In this document: positions 27,669 to 38,010 of the stretch, one piece after another
Layout: the number at the start of each line of letters is the position of its first letter
How positions within the stretch are numbered: position 1 is the stretch's first letter
DNA from: a bacterium
GTDB taxonomy: Bacteria; UBA10199; JADFYH01
Length of the DNA: 64,000 nucleotides
Assembly: GCA_046346885.1 (NCBI GenBank)
Contig: JAXMHI010000010.1
Coordinates: 56,632 to 120,631, forward strand
Direction of reading: 5' to 3'
Notes under the pieces: model-generated
Databases searched by the model: none
What the model was told of the DNA's origin: nothing
Seen by the model: the letters and a program-made list of their open reading frames with translations, nothing else
Position numbers and translations under genes: made by a program

Positions 27669-29129
27669 ATGAAACTGAAATGGCTGACTCGATCCAAAAA
27701 TTTCGCCCGGAGCTGCGCCTGGGCCTCCCTCGTCGTTCTCATCGGTTATGGGCTCATCGCGCGGGCCCACTCGCCCAAACGCACGTCGACGGAAGAACCC
27801 ACCGTTCCCGCCTGGAAATCGGAAGGCAACGTCCGCGTGAAGGCGAGCCTCTCCCAAACCAAGGTAGTTCAGGGCTCCGACGGCTTGGTCTACCTCCAGG
27901 TGGATCTGGAGGCGCCGGAAAAAGCTTCGCGCAACGCCGAAGAAAGAAAACCCACCGACTTCGTCGTCGTGCTCGACCGCAGCGGCAGCATGGGTGATGC
28001 CAAAAAAATGGCCTACGCCCACCGTGCGATCGAATCGCTCATCCGCCAGATGAACGGCAACGACCGTTTCGCGATGGTGACCTTCGACGACAGCGTGGAG
28101 ACGCCCATCGAACTTAGTTACGTATCGAGCCCACAAAAAGAGAATTTAATCGCACGGGTCAACTCGATCACCCCCAGGGGCTCCACCAACTTGGGCGGGG
28201 GCCTCCTCCGCGGCATCCAGCTCGTGGAGGCGAGCCGCCAAGCGGGGCGGGCGGATCGTTTGATCCTCCTCTCCGACGGGCTGGCCAACGTGGGCGTCAC
28301 CGATCCGCAAGAGTTAAACCGCATCGCCTCCCGCGCCGTCTCCGGAGAGTTCGTCATCTCGACGATCGGCGTGGGTCTGGATTTCAATGAAAACCTCATG
28401 GCTTCCCTCGCCGATTACGGCGCGGGCAACTACCATTTCCTCGAAGACTTGGCCTCTCTTGAAAAAGTTCTCTCCCAAGAATTTTACGGGGCGAGCCAGG
28501 TATACGCCCGCAACCTCGATCTGAAACTTTCTTTAAGCGAAGGCGTGGAAGTGATCGACGCCTCGGGCTATCCGATCTCGCGGGAAATGGGCTCGGTCTT
28601 CGTGCGCCCCGGCCTTCTCTACCAAGGGCAGAAAAAAACCTTCTTCGTTACCTTAAAACTGCCCACTCAATATACCTATTATAAACCCTTGGGCGACGCG
28701 ACGATGCGTTACGACGTGGAAGGCAGAACCTATACCGCCTCCCTTTTCTCTCCCGAGTTGAAAGTGGCTTGCGTCTCCACCGAACGGCGGGAAGAAGCGG
28801 TCCACTCCATCGTTCCCGGCGTCTATAACCAAGCCTGGACCCAAAACAACTTCGGCCGCTTCTTGAAGGACAATGCCGAGAAGGTGAACAAAGGCGACGA
28901 AAACGGCGCCCGCGATACGATCCGCGCCTACAAGGCGAAGCTTTCCTCCGCCTATCAGGCCGCCCCCTCTCCCACGATGAAAAAACAGTTGGACGACTTG
29001 GATAAGATGGAATCGCAGGTCTCGGGCGCCTTCAGCAGCCCCGACAAGGAAACGGAGCTTAAACGCCTGGGCAAGACTTATCAATACGAAGGAATCCAAA
29101 AACAAAGGACGCAGTCGAACCAACCTTGA
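27669..29129 (+). CDS. Membrane-anchored von Willebrand factor A (VWA) domain protein
   Basis: ATG at 27669 with AAGGAG upstream. N-terminal TM, then MIDAS motif VVVLDRSGSM, ..TNLGGGL.., LLSDGLAN. The tracked GTG start at 27630 is less likely. Confidence 0.85.
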   Translation: MKLKWLTRSKNFARSCAWASLVVLIGYGLIARAHSPKRTSTEEPTVPAWKSEGNVRVKASLSQTKVVQGSDGLVYLQVDLEAPEKASRNAEERKPTDFVVVLDRSGSMGDAKKMAYAHRAIESLIRQMNGNDRFAMVTFDDSVETPIELSYVSSPQKENLIARVNSITPRGSTNLGGGLLRGIQLVEASRQAGRADRLILLSDGLANVGVTDPQELNRIASRAVSGEFVISTIGVGLDFNENLMASLADYGAGNYHFLEDLASLEKVLSQEFYGASQVYARNLDLKLSLSEGVEVIDASGYPISREMGSVFVRPGLLYQGQKKTFFVTLKLPTQYTYYKPLGDATMRYDVEGRTYTASLFSPELKVACVSTERREEAVHSIVPGVYNQAWTQNNFGRFLKDNAEKVNKGDENGARDTIRAYKAKLSSAYQAAPSPTMKKQLDDLDKMESQVSGAFSSPDKETELKRLGKTYQYEGIQKQRTQSNQP

Positions 29130-29234
29130 ATCATGGCCTCCCCCTCGCCCGTCCGCCCCTCTAGGACCACCGTCACCTCGAGGGAAAAGGACTTCAGGCG
29201 AGGGGGAATTTTAAAACCCGTAAGGAGAAATGAC

Positions 29235-29786
29235 ATGTCACTCCTCTATCGCCTAAAACGCCTCATCAAATCGGATCTCCACGCCTTGGTCGAAGGAATG
29301 GAAGATCAAAAATGGGTCTTGGCCCAAGCCCTGCGCGACATGGAAGAAGAATTGGAACGCCTCTCGCAAACGATCCATGCCGAAAAAACCCGTCAACAGC
29401 GCCTAAACGCCAAGATCGAATCCCTTGCCGCCTCCACCCCCCCCCTCGAGCGGGACATCGACTTCGCCATGGGGGAAAAACGCGAAGAAATCGCGAAGAG
29501 CTTCATCAAGAAGCTTCTGCTCGCCCGGCAAACCTTGGAAAAATTGAAGGAGGAAACAACCCAATTGGCCCGCGATCTGGAAAAAAGAGAGGCGGAGCAC
29601 CAAACGAAGAAGCGATCCTACGAAGAAATCGCCGCACGGTGCGAATCCCTCCATTTGGAACGCTTAAATGACGACGTCTTCGCGAGCGCCTCGAAGCTGA
29701 TCCCAGAGGAAAGCTCGCTCAACCACCAAGTGGAAATCGAATTTCTGAAGCGCCTGCAAAAAAACAAGGAGGTGTCGCATGTCTAA
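29235..29786 (+). CDS. PspA/IM30 family protein
   Basis: ATG at 29235 with AAGGAG upstream. MSLLYRLKRLIKSDLHALVEGMEDQKWVLAQALRDMEEEL is the family N-terminus, followed by long coiled-coil sequence. 183 aa. Confidence 0.75.
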   Translation: MSLLYRLKRLIKSDLHALVEGMEDQKWVLAQALRDMEEELERLSQTIHAEKTRQQRLNAKIESLAASTPPLERDIDFAMGEKREEIAKSFIKKLLLARQTLEKLKEETTQLARDLEKREAEHQTKKRSYEEIAARCESLHLERLNDDVFASASKLIPEESSLNHQVEIEFLKRLQKNKEVSHV

Positions 29787-30315
29787 AGAACCCCGGCTCA
29801 CCCATCTCTTGATGGTGCCGCTCATCACCGCTCTTGTTTGCAACCCCTTCGCCAATTCGCTCTTCGGCCTCTTTTCGTGGGAAGCGGATCTCTACCTTAT
29901 ACACATGGCGGCGGCGATTACCTTTCTTTACGGGATCTATTTGAAACTTTTCCGTTCTCCCCCCAAAACTTCGTGGAAGGTCTTGTGGATCGCCAGCGGC
30001 GCGGCGATCGGTCTCTCCTATCTTCCCTCGGGAGGGCTTTTCACCTTGGCGGGATTCGGCCTCGCCTTCTCCGGCATGCGCGTTTTCCTCTTGGGCGAGC
30101 CGCTGAAAGTCTTGCCGAAAGATTTACTCGCCTTCGGCGCCGGCGTCGTCGTCGCGAGCCTGTTCACCCCCGTGGGCCTCATCGCCTCGGTCGCCGCTTT
30201 TTTGCTCACGCAGCTGATATACGAGATGCGTGGCGGGGAAGCCCAAACCTTTACGCGGGACCGCTTCGACGAAAGCCGTCATACGGCGGAGAAGATCTTA
30301 AAAAATATTTCGTGA
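29779..30315 (+). CDS. Hypothetical 4-TM membrane protein (possible PspA partner)
   Basis: 178-aa ORF overlapping the pspA-like stop by 8 nt. Hydrophobic helices and a charged C-terminal tail. Confidence 0.55.
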   Translation: MSKEPRLTHLLMVPLITALVCNPFANSLFGLFSWEADLYLIHMAAAITFLYGIYLKLFRSPPKTSWKVLWIASGAAIGLSYLPSGGLFTLAGFGLAFSGMRVFLLGEPLKVLPKDLLAFGAGVVVASLFTPVGLIASVAAFLLTQLIYEMRGGEAQTFTRDRFDESRHTAEKILKNIS

Positions 30316-30370
30316 GAAAAGCGGCGGTATTTAAGTTCATTTTTCCGGCGAAATCCTTTATTTTCTAGAA

Positions 30371-31165
30371 ATGCCCTTTTTCCCATTGGTGTTTTCGCTC
30401 GCGCTCCTTGTCTGCTTGATGGTCGACCTCTTCTTAGGTAGCCGCCACGCCCGCTTCAAAGTGGAAACCTTCTCCGAATTCTTAGCCCGAGCCCTGGGCA
30501 GCAACTTTTTTCTTTTTTATTTAATCTATAAGGCCCACGCGCAAATCGAAGGGTACTTGAAAAGCCCCTGGACCTATTCTTGGTTCACCTGGGTGGATTG
30601 GCTCCTCTCCCTTTTCACCTTTTCGCTTTTCATAGGAGCCTACCTGGCGAGGGCCCCCGCCCTTTCGAAGGCCAAGGGGGCGCGCGAAATCATTTTTCCC
30701 CTCTTCTGCGCGGTGCTTCCCTTCGTCGTTTACGAGTCGCACCGCTTGGCCCTCTTTCCATGGATGCAGCCACACCCCGAACTGGTAAAACTTTTCACGC
30801 CCTTCGCCCGCTTCAAAGGCGCCTTGAAATGGATTCCTCGAAGCCTCATCCTCTCGGGGGATCTCTTTATTTTATGGGGAATCGTCTACTTGCGGAAATC
30901 CTTCAGCATCCTGGTGGAAGCCAGGCCGTGGGTAAAGACGGGGCCTTATCGCTTCATCCGCCACCCCCTTTACTTGGGGGAAAGCCTGGCGACCTTAGGG
31001 CTTTTCGGGTTTAGCCTTTCCTACTTCAACGCCGCAGTCGCCTTTCTCTTCTTGGTCTCGCAGCGAATACGGGCTTCTTTCGAGGAAATGAAGATGACGC
31101 GTGCTTTTCCCGATTACGCCGAGTATAAAAAGAAAACAGGAGCCTATCTCCCGAAAATTTTCTGA
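30371..31165 (+). CDS. Isoprenylcysteine carboxyl / phospholipid methyltransferase (ICMT/PEMT) family membrane protein
   Basis: Polytopic ORF with the C-terminal signature TGPYRFIRHPLYLGESL. Confidence 0.65.
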   Translation: MPFFPLVFSLALLVCLMVDLFLGSRHARFKVETFSEFLARALGSNFFLFYLIYKAHAQIEGYLKSPWTYSWFTWVDWLLSLFTFSLFIGAYLARAPALSKAKGAREIIFPLFCAVLPFVVYESHRLALFPWMQPHPELVKLFTPFARFKGALKWIPRSLILSGDLFILWGIVYLRKSFSILVEARPWVKTGPYRFIRHPLYLGESLATLGLFGFSLSYFNAAVAFLFLVSQRIRASFEEMKMTRAFPDYAEYKKKTGAYLPKIF

Positions 31166-31180
31166 CCACGGAACCCCGAC

Positions 31181-31654
31181 ATGAAATCATCTCCCATCGA
31201 TCCACGAAGCCATGATCTCTTTCACCACATAGACCTGCTGCTCAAGAGTTTTAAACATTGGACGGGCCGGGACTTGCTCACTCCCCTGCCCACCCTCCCC
31301 CAAACGGCGCACGCCCGTTTCGAAATTCCCTTCATCGTCCTCTCCCACGGCGCCGAACAGGACCCGATCTTAAACTATGGAAACCGGGCCGCCTTGGAGC
31401 TTTGGGAAATGACGTGGGACAGCTTCATCCACACCCCCTCCCGCCTCACCGCCGAACCCTTAAGCCGCGAGGCCAGGGCCCGCTTCTTGACCGAAGTGAC
31501 CCAAAAGGGTTTCATTGACAATTACGGCGGCGTACGCATCTCCAATACCGGTAAGCGTTTTCAAATCGAGGGGGCCGTCGTTTGGAATATCATTGATGAA
31601 AGGGGCGCTTACCAGGGGCAGGCGGCCACGTTTGAAAAATGGTTTTATTTATAG
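31181..31654 (+). CDS. MEKHLA domain protein
   Basis: 157-aa ORF. LLLKSFKHWTGRDLL...DPILNYGNRAALELWEMTWDSF...G.RISNTGKRF.IEGAVVWN fits MEKHLA as I remember it. Confidence 0.7.
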   Translation: MKSSPIDPRSHDLFHHIDLLLKSFKHWTGRDLLTPLPTLPQTAHARFEIPFIVLSHGAEQDPILNYGNRAALELWEMTWDSFIHTPSRLTAEPLSREARARFLTEVTQKGFIDNYGGVRISNTGKRFQIEGAVVWNIIDERGAYQGQAATFEKWFYL

Positions 31655-31896
31655 TTTCTAATCAGTTATCATAAAGCCCTCATCCAGCAACTATCGGACT
31701 TCGCGCCCGAGGAAACCTCGGGCTTGACCAAAGGGCGAGCACTATGTTGCTCCCCTTTGGAAATCCCATTGTTTAAGGTATTCCCATGGCGGGCTCGGAG
31801 TAAGGCCCCAAACTGGAAAAAAAGCTCGACTTTTAAGACTTAAGTGCGCTAAACACACGCGCCCTTTGAATATTTTGCCACTGTAAGGAGTGCTAA

Positions 31897-33993
31897 ATGC
31901 CAAACATCGAAAAAGTCAGAAACATCGGAATTTCCGCCCACATCGACTCGGGCAAAACCACCCTCTCCGAACGCATCCTCTTCTACACGAAGAAGATTCA
32001 TAAGATTGAAGAAGTGAAAGGAAAGTCCGGCGTCGGCGCCACCATGGACTTCATGGATTTGGAGCGCGAAAAAGGAATCACCATCCAATCGGCCGCCACC
32101 TACGCCACCTGGAAAGGCTTTGAAATCAACCTCATCGATACTCCCGGCCACGTGGACTTCACCATCGAAGTGGAACGCGCCCTTCGCGTATTGGACGGCG
32201 CCATCCTGGTGCTTTGCTCCGTCTCCGGCGTGCAGAGCCAATCGATCACGGTAGACCGTCAAATGACCCGTTACCATGTTCCCCGCATCGCCTTCGTCAA
32301 CAAGATGGACCGGGCCGGGGCCGATCCCATCCGCGTCATGGGTCAACTCCGCGACAAGCTGGGCCACAATGCCCACATGATCGTACTGCCCATCGGCGCC
32401 GAGGATAAATTCCAGGGCATCGTCGACTTGGTCGAAATGAAGGCCAACTACTACGACGGCGACAACGGTGAAAACATCCGAATCGAAGAGATTCCCGAAG
32501 ATCTGAAGCACGAGGCCGAAGAACGCCGCCACGAGCTCATCGCCGCCATGGGCGATTTCGACGACGACGTGGCAGCCCTCTACCTGGAAGATAAGCATGT
32601 CTCCGCCGAAATGCTCCGCAAGGCCATCCGGAAAGCGACCTTGAGCCTCAAGTTCATCCCCGTGATGTGTGGATCGGCCTATAAGAACAAGGGCGTGCAA
32701 CTGCTGCTCGACGCGGTCACCCACTACCTCCCGAATCCCTCGGAGGTCTTAAACGAGGCCCACGACCAGAACAACAACGAAGAGAAAGTGAAATTAGAGT
32801 CGGATCCCGACAAGCCCTTCGTCGGCTTGGCCTTCAAGCTGGAAGACGGCCGCTTCGGCCAGCTGACCTACATGCGTATCTATCAAGGAAAAGTGGGCAA
32901 GGGAGACTGGATCCACAACGCAAAGGACCAAAAGAAGGTGAAAGTTCCCCGGCTGGTCCGCATGCACGCGGATGAAATGCACGACATCGACGCCGGCTAC
33001 GCGGGCGACATCGTCGCCATGTTCGGCGTGGAATGCGCCTCGGGCGACACCTTCACCGACGGCACCATCCGCTATACGATGACCTCCATGCACGTGCCCA
33101 ACGCGGTTATTTCTCTCGCCGTCGCTCCGAAAGACAAAGCGGGCACGGCCAACTTCTCGAAGGCCTTGAACCGCTTTTCGAAGGAAGACCCGACCTTCCG
33201 CGTGCACCGCGACGAAGAGTCGGCTCAAACGATCATCTCCGGAATGGGCGAGTTGCACCTGGAAATCTACATCGAGCGCATGAAGCGCGAATACGGTTGC
33301 GAAGTGATCGCGGGGCAGCCCCAAGTGGCCTACCGCGAAACCATCACCAACCGGACCGACTTCATGTATCAACACAAGAAACAGACCGGCGGTTCCGGCC
33401 AATACGCGAAAATCGCCGGCATCTTCGAGCCGCTCCCGGCCGATGCGGTGCAAACCTACGAATTCGTCGACGAGATCGTGGGCGGAAAAATTCCCCGCGA
33501 ATTCATCCCCTCCTGCGACAAGGGTTTCCAAGAGCAGCTCAAGAAAGGCTTGCTCATCGGTGCCCAAGTAGTGGGTTTTAGGGCCATCATCAACGACGGC
33601 GCGTACCACGCGGTCGACTCTTCCGACATGGCCTTTAAGATCTGCGCCATGACGGCGATTCGCGAGTTCTACGACAAGTGCAAGCCGATCATCTTAGAAC
33701 CCATCATGAAGCTGCAAACGCAGGCACCCGAAGAATTCCAAGGTTCGGTCGTCGGCCAGATCAATCAACGCCGCGGCGTGATCCTCTCCACCGGCACCTC
33801 CTCCAACTACGTGCAGGTGGACGCGGAAGTGCCGCTCTCCGAGATGTTCGGTTACTCCACCGATCTGCGCAGCTGCACCCAAGGCAAGGGCGAATTCACG
33901 ATGGAATTCTTGAAATATGCCCCCGTCCCCCGCAACGTGCAGGAAGAGCTCGTGAAGAAGTACCAAGAAAAACGGGCGGCGGAGAGTAAGTAA
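31897..33993 (+). CDS. fusA: Elongation factor G (stand-alone paralog, not in an str operon)
   Basis: 698-aa ORF: [21 protein letters not shown], and all five EF-G domains recognisable (..GELHLEI..; ..[10 protein letters not shown]..; ..HAVDSS..). AAGGAG precedes the ATG. Confidence 0.95.
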   Translation: MPNIEKVRNIGISAHIDSGKTTLSERILFYTKKIHKIEEVKGKSGVGATMDFMDLEREKGITIQSAATYATWKGFEINLIDTPGHVDFTIEVERALRVLDGAILVLCSVSGVQSQSITVDRQMTRYHVPRIAFVNKMDRAGADPIRVMGQLRDKLGHNAHMIVLPIGAEDKFQGIVDLVEMKANYYDGDNGENIRIEEIPEDLKHEAEERRHELIAAMGDFDDDVAALYLEDKHVSAEMLRKAIRKATLSLKFIPVMCGSAYKNKGVQLLLDAVTHYLPNPSEVLNEAHDQNNNEEKVKLESDPDKPFVGLAFKLEDGRFGQLTYMRIYQGKVGKGDWIHNAKDQKKVKVPRLVRMHADEMHDIDAGYAGDIVAMFGVECASGDTFTDGTIRYTMTSMHVPNAVISLAVAPKDKAGTANFSKALNRFSKEDPTFRVHRDEESAQTIISGMGELHLEIYIERMKREYGCEVIAGQPQVAYRETITNRTDFMYQHKKQTGGSGQYAKIAGIFEPLPADAVQTYEFVDEIVGGKIPREFIPSCDKGFQEQLKKGLLIGAQVVGFRAIINDGAYHAVDSSDMAFKICAMTAIREFYDKCKPIILEPIMKLQTQAPEEFQGSVVGQINQRRGVILSTGTSSNYVQVDAEVPLSEMFGYSTDLRSCTQGKGEFTMEFLKYAPVPRNVQEELVKKYQEKRAAESK

Positions 33994-34003
33994 ACGAAGA
34001 GAA

Positions 34004-34076
34004 TGTCATTCCGAAAGGAGTGAAGAATCCCCCGAGTGCGCTCTTAAGGGAGCTTTCGCTTTCACTCAGAACGACA
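34004..34076. repeat. REP-like element (TGTCATTCCGA ... TCAGAACGACA family)
   Basis: Imperfect terminal inverted repeats tgtcattccga / tcagaacgaca enclose about 50 nt. Translations resemble the widespread SFRKE/VILSE artefact peptides. Confidence 0.55.
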
Positions 34077-34086
34077 AAGTATAGAA

Positions 34087-34120
34087 GGGAAATCCTTGAA
34101 TAAGGATTTCCCTTTTTTTT
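34087..34120. terminator. Bidirectional rho-independent terminator
   Basis: gggaaatcctt gaat aaggatttccc is an 11-bp perfect stem followed by T8. It sits between convergent fusA and the 34131.. gene. Confidence 0.85.
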
Positions 34121-34130
34121 GCCCCACCCC

Positions 34131-35162
34131 TCACGGCTTCGGCGCGTGTAAAATCAGAAACGTCATCATGCCGTGGAAAAAAGAAAAAAAGACGATGGAA
34201 AAAATCAGGGTGGCCCTGGCATTTCCGCGGATTTTTTTGGAAATCGACGAAGCGGTGCCGGGATAAAGTTCGTTGGGCCTTCCCCCAAACTGAAAGCGGC
34301 CTCGAATGCCCAAGTCGGAGGCCGAATAAATTCCGAAAGCGACGACCGAATCTTCCGGCGCCACCGTTCTTTCCCCCAACTGATAACCCTGAAAAGGCCC
34401 CTCCAAGGCTTCCGCCTCTTCTTCGTCGGTCTCCTCCCCTTCGATCTCTTCTTCTTCGGCCTCTTCGCGGATCGGCCGGGCTTGGGAAACGCTTCCCTTC
34501 TCCCCTTCGGGGGTTTCAAGCTCGGGAATGGGGCCCAATTGCCAATCCTGGCGAAGGGCGCCATCCTCATCGGTCATCACGTTTTCCATTTTGGTGAAAA
34601 GTTGCAGCTTTTTCACTCCCTGCATGGGTTGAAGGGGAGCCGTCTTCAAGTAGGCGAGAAGGTTTTGCCGGAAGGAAAAATTATGGAGTTTTTTCTGCGG
34701 AAACTCCTCCAAAAGCGGAAAGCCCAGCAAGCGCACCTCTCCCTGCATCGTCGCGATTCGACAAGGGGTCATTCCCACGCCCACATAGACGTAGGAGTGG
34801 GCCTGCGAAGATTCGGAAGAGGGCCGGGAGGATCGATGGTAAAGCTCCGTCTCGTATGCCACGCACGGCTTTTGCTGGATGGGACTGAGCAGGGGATCCC
34901 CGTCGGCGCGGATCGACCCAACGGCCGCGATGATCTTGCCCTCTTCGAAGGGACGGCCGTTCAAGGCGTCGCGGATGGCCCCGACTTTTTTGAAGGTGTC
35001 CCAAGAAGTCCGCAAGGCTCCCGCCAAAAGCAGCAAGGAGAGCGAGCCAAAAAAACCTAAAAACCAAACGCCGTCGGATGGAATGAACCGACGTAAAAAG
35101 AGCGAATAAGCCACGGTCAGGGCGATAAGAAAAAGGATAAAGAGCAGGCAAGATTTTTTCAT
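34131..35162 (-). CDS. Membrane protein, possibly GIDE-like domain
   Basis: ATG at 35162 (MKKSCLLFILF; the tracked 35213 start is a TTG). Two N-terminal TM helices and one C-terminal TM helix. DPLLSPIQQKPCVAYETELY resembles the bacterial GIDE pattern. An acidic EEEEIEGEETDEEE insert is present. Confidence 0.4.
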   Translation of the reverse strand: MKKSCLLFILFLIALTVAYSLFLRRFIPSDGVWFLGFFGSLSLLLLAGALRTSWDTFKKVGAIRDALNGRPFEEGKIIAAVGSIRADGDPLLSPIQQKPCVAYETELYHRSSRPSSESSQAHSYVYVGVGMTPCRIATMQGEVRLLGFPLLEEFPQKKLHNFSFRQNLLAYLKTAPLQPMQGVKKLQLFTKMENVMTDEDGALRQDWQLGPIPELETPEGEKGSVSQARPIREEAEEEEIEGEETDEEEAEALEGPFQGYQLGERTVAPEDSVVAFGIYSASDLGIRGRFQFGGRPNELYPGTASSISKKIRGNARATLIFSIVFFSFFHGMMTFLILHAPKP

Positions 35163-35302
35163 AGAGCGAAATTCTTCCTTAAAGAAGGAAAAGATCAAAG
35201 CCCTATTTTTCAAACACTTCCCCCGGACACAGGGGCCATTTTAGTTTCGTACCGCTATATTCTTGTAAAAGCGTTCCCCTTTTTTTATGCCTTAACCAGG
35301 AG

Positions 35303-37123
35303 GTGGGGAAAATGGACACGGGATATCTCTTCAACGTTTTTATCTTTCTCGCCGCCGCCTGTCTGGTGGTTCCCTTGGCGAGCCGCTTTCGTTTGGGCGC
35401 CGTACCGGGATACATCATCGCAGGAATCCTCATCGGGCCCTTCGGCTTCGGTTGGATCGGCGACCCGCAGCGCGTGATGCGCTTCGCAGAATTCGGCGTG
35501 GTAATGATGCTCTTCGTGATCGGCCTGGAGCTGGATGCCGAGCGCCTGTGGCGCATGCGAAAATCCATCTTAGGCTTAGGCAGCCTGCAGGTAATCCTCA
35601 CCGCCGCGGCCTTCGCCGCCTTGGGCGTCTCGCTCGGCTATGGGTGGCGTTTAAGCCTCGCCGTCGGATTGGCCCTCTCCCTTTCCTCCACCGCCTTGGT
35701 TTTGCGGATGCTGCAAGACAAAAACCTTTTGCAAACCGCGCTGGGGGAAACCTCCTTTTCGGTGCTCTTGTTCCAAGACTTGGCCGTCATTCCCATGCTG
35801 GTGGGCATTCCCCTCTTGGCTCCTCGGGGGATCGACCCAGAAACTCCGTCCCACTCCGGCGCCTTCGGCCATCTGCCCGCCGGGTTGCAAGCCCTGATGG
35901 TGGCGGCCGTCATCCTTCTCGTCATCCTGGCGGGGCGCTACCTCTCGCCCCACCTCTTCCGGCTCATCGCGAAGGCAAGATTGCGTGAGGTCTTCACGGC
36001 CAACTCCTTAGCCTTGGTCGTGGGCATCACCTTGCTCATGCAGGCCATCGGCGTCTCCCCGGCCCTGGGCGCCTTCCTGGCGGGCGTTGTGCTCGCCGGT
36101 TCCGAATACCGCCGCACGCTGGAAGCCGACATCGAGCCGTTTAAGGGCCTGCTCTTGGGTCTCTTCTTCATTTCCGTCGGAATGGGGATGGATCTCGGGG
36201 CCTTTCTCCACTCCCCTCTGAAGCTCCTTGCGGGGCTCGCGATCTTAATGGGCTTAAAAGCCCTCCTCTTCTTCGCGCTCGGCCGCCTCTTCGGCCTTTA
36301 CGGCATGCAGACCTCCTACTTCGCCTTGAGCCTCTGCCAAGGCGGCGAGTTCGCCTTCGTCTTGTTTCAATTCGCCGGCGGCCTGCACATCGTTTCTCCC
36401 GAGCAAGTGAAGTTCCTCACCTTGCTCGTCGCCCTTTCCATGGCCTTCACGCCGCTCTTGATGCAACTCTACGGGCGCTTCATCGTACCACGGTACATGA
36501 GCCTGTTGCCGGAACGGGAGTTCGACGCCGTCGACGAAAGAAACCCCGTCATCATCGCCGGCTTCGGACGCTTCGGCCAAGTGGTGGGGCGCTTCCTCTT
36601 GGCCCAAGGCGTGCCGGTAACGCTCTTGGAGAACGATCCGGACCAGATCGACCTAATCCGCAAATTCGGCTTTAAGGGCCATTTCGGAGACGCCACCCGG
36701 TCGGAGCTGCTGCGGAGCGCGGGCGCGGAACAGGCGAGACTCCTCGTGGTAGCCGTGGACGACGCCGATGACGGCCTCGAAATCGTCCGAATGGCCAAGC
36801 AAGAATTCCCCCAACTTAAAATTTTCGCCCGCGCCCGCAACCGCCGCCACGCCTATGAGCTGCACAAGGCGGGCGCGGATGCTTTCAAGCGGGAAACCTT
36901 TGACTCCTCCCTCGCCTTGGGCGAAGAAATCATGATCTTTTTGGGGAAGGACGAAGCGGAAGTAAGGCGCAAAGGTCGGCAGTTTTTGAAGCACGACGAG
37001 GCCACGCTGAAGGAATCCTTCCAATTTTTCGAAAACGAGCCGGAGCTCATCAATTTCGCCCGCCTGCGGCGCGAGGAGTTGAACCAAATCCTGCAGGCGG
37101 ACGTGAAGGAAGGGCAAGGATAG
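35303..37123 (+). CDS. CPA2 K+ efflux antiporter with KTN/TrkA-N domain (KefB/KefC-like)
   Basis: Polytopic N-terminal domain (GYIIAGILIGPFGFGWI) plus VIIAGFGRFGQVVGRFL Rossmann motif of the KTN domain. 606 aa. Confidence 0.9.
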   Translation: MGKMDTGYLFNVFIFLAAACLVVPLASRFRLGAVPGYIIAGILIGPFGFGWIGDPQRVMRFAEFGVVMMLFVIGLELDAERLWRMRKSILGLGSLQVILTAAAFAALGVSLGYGWRLSLAVGLALSLSSTALVLRMLQDKNLLQTALGETSFSVLLFQDLAVIPMLVGIPLLAPRGIDPETPSHSGAFGHLPAGLQALMVAAVILLVILAGRYLSPHLFRLIAKARLREVFTANSLALVVGITLLMQAIGVSPALGAFLAGVVLAGSEYRRTLEADIEPFKGLLLGLFFISVGMGMDLGAFLHSPLKLLAGLAILMGLKALLFFALGRLFGLYGMQTSYFALSLCQGGEFAFVLFQFAGGLHIVSPEQVKFLTLLVALSMAFTPLLMQLYGRFIVPRYMSLLPEREFDAVDERNPVIIAGFGRFGQVVGRFLLAQGVPVTLLENDPDQIDLIRKFGFKGHFGDATRSELLRSAGAEQARLLVVAVDDADDGLEIVRMAKQEFPQLKIFARARNRRHAYELHKAGADAFKRETFDSSLALGEEIMIFLGKDEAEVRRKGRQFLKHDEATLKESFQFFENEPELINFARLRREELNQILQADVKEGQG

Positions 37124-37132
37124 ACCGACCGC

Positions 37133-37996
37133 ATGAAAACGCAAACGATCACCTTAAACGGCCTTCGCCATAAGATTTACTCTTGGGGAAATCCTAAAAA
37201 ACCCAAGCTCTTCCTCATCCACGGTTGGCTCGATACGGGGGCGAGCTTCGATTTCCTCTGCCGGCATCTGCAAGACCGCTTTCATTGCCTCGCGCCCGAC
37301 CTGCGCGGGTACGGCAAGAGCGAGCACACTTCAAATGCCTTAGGTTATTTCTTCTACGAATACGTGGCCGACGTTCACGCCCTCTTTCAGCGTTTCTCTC
37401 CTGAGGAGCCCGTGCGCTTGCTGGGGCATTCTCTGGGAGGGGCCATCTCGGGGTTTTACGCGGGCTCTTTTCCCGAACGCGTCTCCCGCTTCATCAACGT
37501 AGAAGGCTTCGCCTTTCGCGCCCACCCGCCGGAGCGCGGCCCGGAACGCATGCGGGCGTGGATCGAAAACGTCGGCGCCCAGCGTTTCAACACCTTCAAA
37601 AGCTTGAAAGACTTCGCCGATCGCTTGGTGCGCAATAATCCCCGGCTTCCCCCGGAACGGGCCCTCTTCTTGGCCAAGCATCTCGCCAAGAAAGGGAAAG
37701 GCGGGATGACCATGGCCGCGGATCCCAAGCATAAGATCCACGAGCCGGCCCTTTTCACCAAACCCAACGTCTACGCCTTTTGGGAGAAGATCCGGGCCCG
37801 ATGCCTGCTGGTCTCCGCGGACCAAACCAACATGAATGAATGGGTGAAGGCGGAGGATTTCCGCAAAGAAATGGAAGAGCGCTTTCGACATTTCCCCAAG
37901 GATACGAAGCAGGTGGAAATCAAGGATTGCGGCCACATGGTGCATCATGAAAAACCCGAGGTGTTGGCGAAAGCGATTTTGTCTTTTTTAAAATAG
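37133..37996 (+). CDS. Alpha/beta hydrolase
   Basis: LFLIHGWLDTG, nucleophile elbow GHSLGG, C-terminal CGHMVHHE. Confidence 0.85.
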   Translation: MKTQTITLNGLRHKIYSWGNPKKPKLFLIHGWLDTGASFDFLCRHLQDRFHCLAPDLRGYGKSEHTSNALGYFFYEYVADVHALFQRFSPEEPVRLLGHSLGGAISGFYAGSFPERVSRFINVEGFAFRAHPPERGPERMRAWIENVGAQRFNTFKSLKDFADRLVRNNPRLPPERALFLAKHLAKKGKGGMTMAADPKHKIHEPALFTKPNVYAFWEKIRARCLLVSADQTNMNEWVKAEDFRKEMEERFRHFPKDTKQVEIKDCGHMVHHEKPEVLAKAILSFLK

Positions 37997-38010
37997 TCGA
38001 ACGATTTCCC

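Noticed and set aside
29130-29234. Sigma-54 promoter upstream of the pspA-like gene
   Set aside because: No TGGCAC-N5-TTGC-like element was found by eye here or upstream of the VWA gene.
31724-31748. Sigma-70 promoter (TTGACC ... TATGTT) for fusA
   Set aside because: The spacer is only about 13 nt, well outside the 16-18 nt optimum, and both hexamers lie inside the hairpin structures.
31849-33609. Long minus-strand ORFs (291 aa and 271 aa) opposite fusA
   Set aside because: These are antisense shadows of a highly conserved, intact EF-G gene. The same reasoning applies to 56847..58046 + (opposite DUF3604), 11170..12111 +, 15294..16100 +, 17474..18235 +, 19644..20420 +, 22371..23276 +, 34173..35060 + and 61630..62379 +.
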